From assembly GCF_026210795.1 (NCBI RefSeq), contig NC_089433.1:3100001-3164000 (forward strand): a stretch of DNA of 64,000 nt. Reading direction: 5' to 3'. Source of the stretch: Rhizophagus irregularis. Its lineage: Eukaryota. Positions 10,838 through 21,616 of this stretch are shown here, in pieces. The position numbers and the translations under genes are program-made. The first letter of the stretch is position 1; every line of letters begins with the position of its first letter. Below the pieces are notes generated by a model. The model worked only from the letters and a program-made list of their open reading frames with translations. It searched no databases and had not been told where the DNA came from.

Positions 10838-13800
10838 GAAACAACTAAGAGTTTAGTTATCTTCTTCAAACATTCTGGATAATGCATCTGCATTTGCATT
10901 TGCTTTTCCCGCTCGATGCTTAATATTAAAGTCATACTGTTGAAGGTCCATGACCCATCTCGCACGGCGGCCTTTTGGGATTTTGGATGTCTTTAACCAT
11001 TTTAGAGCAGAATGGTCAGTAACAATTGTGAAAGGTTTCAATCCTAAGTAGTGTTGGAAATGTTTGATAGCCCATACTATCGCAAGACATTCCTGGTCAG
11101 TTATAGGGTAATTGCACTCAGCCTTATTCAAAGATCTGCTGGCATAAGCGACTACATGTTCTCTTCCATCCTCTCTTATTTGTGATAATACAGCACCAAG
11201 TCCAGTTCCAGATGCGTCTGTATGGATAATGAAGGGTTGTTCAAAGTCAGGATATGTTAAGATTGGAGATTTAATTAATCTTTCCTTCAAATAATCAAAT
11301 GCAGTTTGCTGTCTCTCAGTCCAATGAAAAGGGGTTTCCTTCTTTAAAAGTAATAACATTGGTTTGGCTATTTTTGAGAAATCTTTGATGAACTTTCGAT
11401 AGTAGGAAAATAAGCCTAATGCTGAGCGAAGTTGCGTTAGGTTTGTTGGGACTGGAAAAGTTCTAATTTTCTCAATTTTTTCTGGATCAGGTCGGATACC
11501 TTCTCGTCCTACTACATGTCCTAGGAAATGAATATTTCCAAGGCAAAAATAACATTTCTTTAGTTTAATCTTCAAATTTGCTCGTCTAAAAGTTTCAAAT
11601 ACTTGTCTAAGATGATCCAAGTGTTGCTCCAAGGTTCCCTTTGAGTAAATGATTACATCATCTAAATATACTGCTACAAATTTCCCTAAATACTCCTGGA
11701 GTATTCTATTCATTAATCGTTGAAAAGTTCCAGGCGCATAAGCTAAACCAAAGGGCATTACTAGAAATTCATATAATCCAAAGGGAGTAATGAAGGCAGT
11801 TTTCTCCACATCTGCTGGATCCATAGCTACTTGCCAATAACCACTGGCTAAATCTAATGTGGTAAACCATGTTGCATTACTAAAAGATTCAAGCATATCA
11901 TCAATTCGAGGTAATGGGTAAGCATCTGCTTTGGTGACAGCATTCAATTTTCGATAGTCTATGCATAAACGTTTTTCTCCTCCTTTTTTATCAACAATTA
12001 CCACAGGTGAAGCCCAAGAGCTAGCTGATTTTCTTATAAGTCCTTGACTTTCCATTCTTGTGATTTCTCCTTGTAAAAATTCTCTATATTTAGGATTACA
12101 TCTGTAGGGTGGTTGAGAGATAGGAGTAGCATCTTTTGTAATAATTTTGTGCTTAATTACATTTGTTTTTCCAATTTCCGTTTGGCTTTTAGCACAAATA
12201 TCTGCATAGTCACTCAAGAGTTGTTGAAATTGGCTTTGTTGGTGGTAATCTAATGGTCCTAAATGTAAGTCTGGATTGACTTTTTCTCCACTATATACTT
12301 CTGCTTGAGCTAAATAAATGGCAGGATTTGATTCTTCCAATTCCTTATCTTCATTATTTTGGTGGGCAGGAGATACTTCATTTTCCCAAGGGTTAAATTC
12401 AAGGGATTCTTCAGTAGAATAACCAGAAAAATCAGACATATAGATTTGAGCTTCTTCTAACTCTTCAGACTCATATTCCTCTTCATCATCATACTCAAAT
12501 GATTGCTTCATTTTAATGGGTTTTGGAAGAGTAAAAATCACAGGAACTGTTGTAGATCGTCCATTGTATCTGATAGTTAGTGTCTTCTTGTCCCAGTCAA
12601 GAGCAGCATTTACCTTTCTCATCCAGCTATTTCCTAGAATGAAAACACTATCGCTTGATTCTATGATTTGAACATTGGTTTTAATAATTAAATTTCTGAC
12701 TTTTAGGGGTAAATTTTGGATTTCTCCCAATGATCTAACTCTAGTTCCATTGGCAGTTTTAATTACATATTCTGAAGGTCCATCGATAGTTAATTTCAAA
12801 GTTTTCATCATGGCAGTTGTCATAATACTAACTGCAGCTCCACTATCAATTACTGCAATAACTGGCTGTTGATTAATATGGAATTCACATTTAGCAGCGG
12901 TAGTGGGAGTTTCTTCTTCTGAGTTGGAGTCTCCATAGTAACTTTCTCCAATATAATTATTGTTATCAATCTTTTCACGCTTTCTCCTTATACTTTGAAT
13001 TAATCCTTTCCTGTAAACAGGAAGTTGAGCTGTTGCTTGACCGATAGATAGACCACAAGGAAGGTCACTAATATATTTAGCTATGTCAAATTCATTGACG
13101 TTTTCAATAGGTGCAGGGACCATTTTGGTTCTTACTTTTCTTTTTGTTGAAGATTCTGCTGTAGCATCCATATCCATTGGTGTAGAAGGAGTTACTGGAG
13201 GAATAGGTTGGGTACGTAATTGGTCTTCCTTTCGAGATTCTGAAAATCTTGTTCTTTTTCCTCTAGGGGAGGATATCTCATATGGAACAGATCTAAAACG
13301 AGTTGTAACATATGCTTCATATTCGTCTTCTTCTTCCCATTCTTCTTCATATTCATCCTCATATTCATCATAGTAAATTTCTGCTTCATCATCTGCATAA
13401 TTAATAGATGTAACTGGTGCTCTTTGGCGAGGACGATTATTATTATTATTATTACCATTAATATTTCCATTATTGGTATTTCTTCCCATTTGGCAGTTTC
13501 TGGAAATATGTCCCACATTTCCACATCTGAAACAAGTAATATTTGGATTGAAGGAATTCTGAGTAGAGGCTTGACCATTTTGACGATTTTGATTATTATT
13601 ATTATTAGGTCTAGGTCTAGTATTTCGAGGAGTGCTTTGTTGAACCATTAAAACTGATGACAGATTTGCATAATTAAGAGCGAGTTGTTGCATTTGTTTT
13701 GTTAATGCTTCCATTTCATCTACTTGTGGAGTTGGTTTAACAGTAGTAGTAGTAGTTGGAATAGGTTCTGTAGTACTAGTAGTTACAGGTGTTGTAGTTA

Positions 13801-14099
13801 AAAGAGTAGTATTTACACCTAATTCTACTAACTTAGCTCGGGTAATAGTTGCTTCCAAAGTATCAGCATTCCCGATTACTACCTGTCCAACTACATCAGG
13901 AAATTTTATAGCGCGAAAAATTGCGTAAGTTTACGATTTTGTAAGTTTACGAAAGTTTATGGCATAATATTTCGAAAAATTTCAAAATATTACGTAAGTT
14001 TACAATTTCGTAAGATTTATGTGATATTACGGTTAAAATATTACGTAAGTTTTCAATATCGTAAGATTTACGCAATATTACGGTCAAAATATTCTGCAA

Positions 14100-14420
14100 A
14101 TTTACGAAACTGTAAACCTGCGTAATATTACGGTTGAAATATTTCGAAAATTTACGAAACTGTAAACCTGCGTAATATTACGGTTGAAATATTTCGAAAA
14201 TTTACGAAACTGTAAACCTGCGTAATATTACGGTTAAAATATTTCGAAAATTTACGAAACTTGTAAACCTGCGTAATATTACGGTTGAAATATTTCGAAA
14301 ATTTACGAAACTGTAAACCTGCGTAATATTACGGTTAAAATATTTCGAAAATTTACGAAACTGTAAACCTGCGTAATATTACGGTTGAAATATTTCGAAA
14401 ATTTACGAGATTGTAAACTG
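14100..14420. repeat. 50-bp tandem subterminal repeats (~6 copies)
   Basis: TTTACGAAACTGTAAACCTGCGTAATATTACGGTTGAAATATTTCGAAAA repeated; related motifs inverted at ~16950-17400. Confidence 0.9.
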
Positions 14421-14782
14421 CATATGCAGTAGAACGTATACAAGGGGCATGTGATACTATTGAATAATCAAAAATAATATAAACACCTTTTCTTTTATAT
14501 AAACATTTGTTTGGGAAAGCAAATTTATTTTTATTTACGAATTTTTTATTATTTACAATTTTTATGTTAAAAATTAAAGTAAATTCTAATTTTTATTATA
14601 ACTTAATAAAAAAAATACACATTTGATACTTGTTCGCTACTATTTTATAAAATAGTACCCAGGCTGTACGGCGTGGACGTCAGTATCAGTCACAGCCCAA
14701 AAAAAACGTGAGTCTCCAGCCGATATTTGGTACGGACTGGGCCTAGCTACTCACTTAATAAATAATAAAAAAATAAAAATAA

Positions 14783-15407
14783 TTATCTTCTTCTACGATA
14801 CGTAGGTAAGTTTCTCCTTGCCCTACGATCGTCACGCGTGACTAAAATTGATCAAATTTATCAAATTTAAAATATGAACGTAAATATTAATTATAAATTT
14901 TATTATAGTATAATTACCCGGCCTCTCCCAAAATCTCGTTCTAAATTCGTGATAATATCTTGCGCCGGTACGCGTCCACAGCCGCCGCCCAGGGTTACCA
15001 TTACGATAAAGGACATAGTTCTAAATATCAAAATCAGTTTGAATATTCGGTAAATACATTTAATTTATATGAATGTAATGTTATTTATTTACTTACATGG
15101 TAATCCCTGACGAGGTTCCTCCACTTTTGGCTGCACTGTTGCCCGGAAACCCTCGTTCGAAATATTCTATTTATTCTGATTCAATTAAATGGATTGGTTA
15201 ATTTGAATTTAAATTCTTTCTTAAAGAAATTATAGATATTAGTCATATGAACCTATTGGCAACAGAGTCCCAAAAATCTTGGCGGCTTCTACCATTAATA
15301 TTGTGGTAGGCGCGGTTTCTGTCTCGGCGTATGTCAACAAGTTCGTCCATCATAGCCCAGTTCCAATGGACGTTATAGTGGGAACGACGACGTGTGTGGC
15401 GAGGCAT
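14783..15407 (-). CDS. Myb/SANT-like (trihelix-type) DNA-binding protein, 131 aa; exons 15407-15253, 15175-15097, 15020-14918, 14841-14783
   Basis: Three GT-AG introns splice in frame to MPRHTRRRSHYNVHWNWAMMDELVDIRR...FWDSVANRINRIFRTRVSGQQCSQKWRNLVRDYH...RTGARYYHEFRTRFWERP...; W / FW / QCxxKW pattern. Confidence 0.85.
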
Positions 15408-18400
15408 TATTAGTAATTTGATTTTGGGATGAGTAAAAATTTGAAAGAAAGTCGTAAAATGTCACTTTAAATAAAATTTGAACAATACCTCTTTGGTTTG
15501 ATTTTATTTCTCGTTTCAATTAAAATTTAATTTATTAGACTTTTCATCATTAAACATATTAATTAAATCTCATGCGGATATGGATTATCTAAATATAAAT
15601 ATCATGATTCTAAATATAAATATAAATCACTTAATTTATTTTAATTTTTTTTAAAAAAAAAATCTTAGTTTGATTTCAATTAAAAATAATTAAAAATCAT
15701 GTACATGTTTTGGTTATTTAAATATAAATATCAATATATTATATTTAAAAATAAACCAATTTATTATTAGCACATTCTATTGAATTTTAAAAAAATCAAT
15801 TTTTTTTTAAAAAAAAATCACATATTTAAAAATAAAACAATTATATTCTGATTAAATATTTTGCGTACATTTCTTAAAAAAATCATAAAAAAAAATCTTG
15901 TACGTCGTACATGCAATTACTAAATATCATCCCCTTGTGATAAATAAAAAATTACGCAACACAAATTCAACACAAACTCAACACAAATTTAACAAATTTA
16001 ACGAAATTTGGCTAAAATTAATAATTTTTTACCAGAATTATCAACACAAATTGAACACAAATTGAACACAAATTTCAGTTACGATTTATTTATGTCACAC
16101 CCGCTATACGATGTACATGATTTCTGGCCAATCAAAATTAGGCTGATCCTTGCATCATTTAATCATTTAATCATGCACGCGTTTTTGTCTTATTTATTTT
16201 TGTTTCTTATTTCTTTATTCTTTTGTTCAATATTTTTAATTTTTTTGTCTCTTCTTTCTATTATTTCTTTAATTATATACAATATATTTACATATATTTC
16301 ATAATTTATTGCTTTGCAGGTATAGAAATATTTGTTTATTAATACTAATTATTTTCATTTTTTTTTACCTCTTTGTTATTTTGTATCGTAATACTAACAA
16401 TAATATCCATGTTTCCTTTATTCCTTTTTACTTGTACTTTAATACTAACGATACTAACAATACTAACAACATGTTTATTTTTTCCTTTCTCTTTATTTCT
16501 TTATTCTTTTGTTCAATTACTTTGCAGGTATAGAAATATTTATTTATTAATACTAATTATTTTAATATTAACGCGTTTTTTTTTACCTCTTTGTTACTTT
16601 ATGTCGTAATACTAACAATACTATCTACGTTTCCTTTATTTCTTTTTACTTGTACTTTAATACTAACGATAATATCCATGTTTCTTTTACTCCTTTTACT
16701 GTTTCTTTAACTCTTTTTACCTTAATACTAACAATAATAACAATATTTCTTTTATCTTTATATCTAATACTAACGTTACTATAGCTGTTTCTCTTCTTTT
16801 TACGTCTAATAATATTGTTACTCTACTCTTTCTCTTTTTTACTTTTATGTATTCTGTATATATTAATAAATACTTGTAATTTTTTATGATTATATCTAAT
16901 AAAACATACATTATATAAACTTATAGTACAGAAAATGAAGTATTATTTATCGAAATATTTTGAAATATTACGAAATATTAAGTTGTGTAAATCACAGAAT
17001 ATTACGAATCGTCAAATTATGGAACATTACGCATCATAGAATTTCGAAATATTTTAAAAAGTTGCGAAGTATTACGCAGTAAAATTACGGAATATTACGA
17101 ATCGTAAAATTACGAAGCCTTGCATACAGTAATATTTCGAAATATTTTAAAAAGTTACAAAATATTACGCTTACGCAAACTTGCGGCGGGTCTGAAAACT
17201 TACGAAATATTATGTAAAATTACGAAATATTGCGAACCGCAAAATTACGGAATATTACAAATCGTAAAATTACGAAGCTTTGCATATCGTAATATTTCGA
17301 AATATTTTAAAAAGTTACGAAATATTACGCTTACGCAAACTTGCGGCGGGTCTGGAAGCTTATGAAATATTATGATGTGTAAACTTGCGCAACTTTTCGC
17401 ACTATATAATTTCCTGATGTAAGAAGGACTTGAGACCATTAATATAGTAGTTAATTTGGTATCTTGCGGCTAAAGCTTCCCCTTGGGTGGCTTTATTTAA
17501 CAGCTTCTTAAAACGTCGGGAGTAGTTTTCTACTGATTCATTGTCTCCTTGTTTAATATTTTGCAGTTCTCTGGTCCACTGATTCCTTTGAGCAGCAGTT
17601 GCAAAGTAGTTTATAAATCGAGTATCAAAGTTATTTGCATTGGCATCTATATGCCATTGATTGATATTTCCTCTATCCTCTTCATACCAATCTCGGGCAG
17701 CTTCCTTAAGAAATCCAGCGGCTAAAGCAATTTTTCGATTATCTGGCCATCCATTAGCATCAAAGGCAGCTTCAAAGAGTCGACACCATTCATATGGATC
17801 CTCATCATCACGTCCATAGAAAAAGGGAACATCCACAACTTTAGATGTAGTACGATTTTGGTTGGCAGTTGTAAGAGCATTAATAGCGGTAAGATTATTT
17901 TGTAAAGCAGTAGTAATAGCATTTGTATTGTTATTCAAAGTATTTTCCAAGAGGTTTCCAACATTTCTGGGGTTATTATTATCAGTTGGGTCAGCTCCCC
18001 AGACTAACTTCATAAGATCTCTCATTTGTCCTTGATCCATGTTAGCGTTATTATTTACTGGTGTATTATGAAAAATTTGGTATGCGTTGGTTATTTGAGT
18101 ATCAGTTGGTAAACTCTTGAATCCGTTTGTTAATTCAAATAATTTATGTAAATAAAAGGATAATTCTAATAAAGGAGTATTTATTTGTCGAAACTTTATA
18201 CTTTGTAGGATCTTAGTAGTTATACCGACAAGTGTATTAAGTTGTGTAGTTATAAAGAATTCAGTTTTTAATACTTTAAAAGCGGCTACTGTTGCTCCAG
18301 TATATTGTTTTGCTGTGTACTGAATAGAAATCCAGAGCCAAAATTTCTCAAATCCGTCAGGGATATTGTCAGCTGGGATAGAATCTGTTGGATAACACTG

Positions 18401-18519
18401 AATACAGTAAACTTCTTTTTGGTTGATCACTCTTCCTCTACGATGTTTTCTTTGATGTGATTTTAATTCTGCTTTAGATAAATTGTAAAAGGGCATTCAA
18501 TTTCAAAATTCAAATTGTT

Positions 18520-18719
18520 GCAAGTACGTCTGCTAATATCTCAAGTACGTCTGAGAAAGTAAATTTCGTTTGCAAGTGCGTCTGCAAGTATTCTCAAGTT
18601 CGTCTGAGAAAAGAAATTACGTCTGCAAGTTCGTTTGCAAGTATTCTCAAGTTCGTCTGAGAAAAGAAATTACGTCTGCAAGTTCGTCTGCAAGTATTCT
18701 CAAGTTCGTCTGAGAAAAG
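18520..18719. repeat. ~53-bp tandem repeats in the retrotransposon 5' leader
   Basis: CAAGTTCGTCTGAGAAAAGAAATTACGTCTGCAAGTTCGT(C/T)TGCAAGTATTCT, ~3.5 copies. Confidence 0.85.
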
Positions 18720-18752
18720 TAATCAATTGTTAATTCACAGTATAGCCTTTTA

Positions 18753-18769
18753 CCTGGCAGGAATCACCA
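18753..18769 (-). promoter_or_regulatory. Primer-binding site TGGTGATTCCTGCCAGG
   Basis: Starts with TGG 2 nt after the 5' LTR; complementary to a tRNA-like 3' end (...AGGAAUC-A-CCA); tRNA identity not determined. Confidence 0.85.
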
Positions 18770-18771
18770 CT

Positions 18772-19292
18772 TGTTAACCGATTCGGTACGTTGAATAGAT
18801 TAACTATGATTTGCAGTCAGGGAGATTAAGTATGTTTAACTATGACTGAAATCCAATCAAACAAGACACGCTTAAAAATAGGAAGTTCGTTTATAGTGTA
18901 AAAGGTTATACTTTATTATAGAACTTTATAATTTCAAGAATAATAATTAATCGGAACTTAACTTATAACGAAGGAAAATACCAACGTTATTTATATAAAA
19001 GTTACTACATATAAAGATATAATAAATATAATAGATATAATAAATATAAGAAATATAACTAATATAATAAATATAACTAATATAATAAATATAATAAATA
19101 AATTAAATATAATAAATAAAATAATTATATCGATTATATTAAATATAATTAATATAATAAATATAATAGAAATAATAGGCTAAGTAGGCTGCGGCTAGGT
19201 CAGCTTGGCACAGTTAGGCACAGTAGATCCTAATTTTCCACATGATCTTCTGGCGTAGTAAATTGTAACTCTACACGTGACTAGGGGTAACA
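18772..19292 (-). repeat. 5' LTR (521 bp)
   Basis: Near-identical to 6255-6774; adjacent to the PBS. Confidence 0.97.
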
Positions 19293-19994
19293 GCGTAGAA
19301 GATATAAGGAAAATCTGGAAACAATGGTGTTGTAATATTGATGAAGCAGCTTTGGAAGCTGCTATGGAATCATTGCGTGATGTTTGTGCTATGGGATTTA
19401 GAGCTATCGACGTTGAGGAGAGCTTGAATAAAGCTCATGATAGATTTTTATGTCTCTATAACGATTTATTTACTGTAAATTTGTCTATTACTACCCGTTA
19501 TAATATAGCAACTTCAATGGATCTATCAGTCTATTATTTTGAAGAATTTAAACGCAAAAGTTCAAAAAAGAATTCATTATTTTAACATTAATATTATATG
19601 CAGTTAATTATTTTCTAAGAATCAGCAGTAGCATAATATTAATTATTTTGAAAATGTAGATATGTAGTATATAGTTTAATTATAGCTTATATACATTTTT
19701 TTGCGTTTTTGTTTCAGTTATATTTTGCTATTGAAAAGTTATATGTAAAGTTTATGCAAAGTCTAAATATATGTGGATTGTGTTGATTAGAAAAGTTTAA
19801 AAATAGGTTTTTTTATTTAAAATTGAGACGCATCCAATATATAAAGGTTACGATAAGTTTACGCCAGACAATTTTTCTTTCTCAACTCAATTACTACCAA
19901 AAAAATTCCTAAATTATTTTATTAAAAATTGTTACCAAAAAATCACAAGAATAAACCTAAACCTTCACGAGTTTCCAATGGAAATAAAAAAAAA

Positions 19995-21354
19995 ATGAGG
20001 TATGTGCTCAACTTTATCTTAGTCGGGTGGCAGTAGTATATTATATTAACATCAGTCAACGAATATTTTATAAAGGACGACCTCTAGGCAGTAAAAATAC
20101 AATTACCGTTTCAGAAGTATCTACGTCTACTTGAAAAGCTAGTTCTTCAGTTAATGAAAAGAAAAACAATAAGAAAAAAGTAACATCTAGAAATACGTAC
20201 GAAGTTTCTAGAAAAATGCCTGAAATTCCTGCATTTACGCTTCAGGTTCCTAGAAGTATGCTTGAAGAATTAGCTGTTAACGATAAAGATGATGATGATG
20301 ACAATGAAGACAGAGACGATGAAGATGTAGATGAAGAAGTAGGTGATTTTGAAAGTGAAGACAGAAATGTAGATGATTTCTTACAAGGTAACAAAAAACA
20401 ATTCAAATTTATTTAGTAATATGATTACAATAATTAAAAAGGCATATTTCTTTAAGCTTTGTCAAACACAGGAAATCAAACAAATGAATTGAACACGAGG
20501 GAACAAGTAAATGAATCAAATACAATAACTAATATCGATTCATTGAACAATTTGCCAGAAGTGGCAAATAAAACAAATGTAACAACACAATTAGATAGAT
20601 CGAACGCCTTAGATATTTGTAACTGGCTAGTTCGTCATCCATATATACTTGATCTCGCCAACAAAATGTTATCCGCAAAACATCTCATGATGAAACGAAC
20701 GTGAATAATAGCAGCAGTAGTTTCTCATCCTCCAATGAAGTCAGTATAATTTTATTTCTAAAATTTTATTTCTAACAAGTATATTATTTACAATAAATAC
20801 TGTAATGAATTATTTGTTTGCTTAAAATACAGAACAAATCACAACTTTGGGATGAAGAACTAAAGTGTTTATTCCTTCGTCAGCGTGACCCTTCCGGTGC
20901 TATCTTGGATAGCTTTATTAGATTAGTCTGTGGGTACAAACCATATACTGAAGAAGCAAAATCTATTATGCGAGTCTCTCGCAAAAGATTGGGAGATTAT
21001 AGGAACAAACTCAATACAAGTATAGCTAAATTAGTTCAGGAGTTTAAAGAATTAAAACAAAGAGAACAGCAACGCGTACCAGCATTACCATCTCAAAGTT
21101 CTATCGATCAATATATTGATGAAGCAGTAGTCGCAAAAAAAATATTGCAACGTTATATTGCATCAACAAATGAAGCCGAACTTAAACGTAATGGATCATT
21201 TATTAAACTTGTTCAATTTATTCGTGAATGCTTCAAGATTCATTATAGGAATAAGGATGTCAAAAAAGTAAAGGAATTAGATGCTTTAACTAAAGATTTA
21301 TTTATACCATCACGTAGTGGACGCAATTTGGCTAGTTCTTTAGTACTTGAATAA
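19995..21354 (+). pseudogene. Multi-exon hypothetical gene with an N-terminal AT-hook-like RGRP motif, an acidic tract and a helical C-terminal exon; probably a transposon accessory gene
   Basis: Exons MR|GRPLGSKN..., 20216-20388, ~20457-20744, ~20833-21354; in-frame TGA near 20132. Confidence 0.55.
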
Positions 21355-21616
21355 ATTAATTAACTGGAAATAATTTTATTAATTTTATGTATTAAAAATC
21401 GCGTTTATTTTTCATATTTAGTAAAGTCTAATAAAGTTTAATACTTTTTACAATAAAGTCGCGTTTATTTTTCACACTTAATAAAGTTTAATAAAGTTTA
21501 ATACTTTTAATATAAAATCTCATTTTTTTTTTACAAATTTAAGAACTTGCACTTATTTTTCACACATCTAAAGTCCTTAATTTTTATGTCTCATTCTCAA
21601 GTTTAAATTCTTTAAT

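Larger units (their letters stand above)
13894..17419. mobile_element. 3.5-kb non-autonomous TIR DNA element nested in gag
   Basis: Imperfect ~40-bp TIRs CATCAGGAAATT...AATTTCCTGATG; TA TSD; subterminal repeat arrays at both ends; removal restores the gag frame. Confidence 0.93.
10853..18496 (-). pseudogene. gag-pol: Gag-Pol polyprotein (Gag, CCHC knuckle, aspartic protease, RT, RNase H), ~1371 aa when reconstructed; interrupted by the insertion at 13894-17419
   Basis: Retrotransposon-gag-like region, CFRCGNVGHISRNC, IDSGA, YLDD, TDAS/DALSR; empty site reads LKSFL|VGQVVIGNADTLEATIT in frame. Confidence 0.93.
6255..19292 (-). mobile_element. Full-length Ty3/Gypsy LTR retrotransposon (9.5 kb without the nested insertion)
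   Basis: Two LTRs with TG..CA ends; 4-bp TSD GCGT (6251-6254 / 19293-19296); PBS; PPT; domain order gag-PR-RT-RH-IN. Confidence 0.97.
4727..19585 (+). pseudogene. Multi-exon hypothetical gene whose last exon is split by the Gypsy element
   Basis: Series of GT-AG exons at ~4727-6254; the empty site reads ...IQIANMMS|VEDIRKIWKQW... in frame into 19293-19585; stops or frameshifts in the 5' part. Confidence 0.65.

Noticed and set aside
12675..13651. Antisense and alternate-frame ORFs over gag-pol
   Set aside because: Shadow ORFs of the real coding frame
14100..14420. Regular repeats resembling a CRISPR array
   Set aside because: Contiguous tandem copies with no unique spacers, in a eukaryotic context; they are transposon subterminal repeats
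16008..16911. Hydrophobic ORFs in the nested element
   Set aside because: T-rich low-complexity repeats giving F/L/I-rich translations
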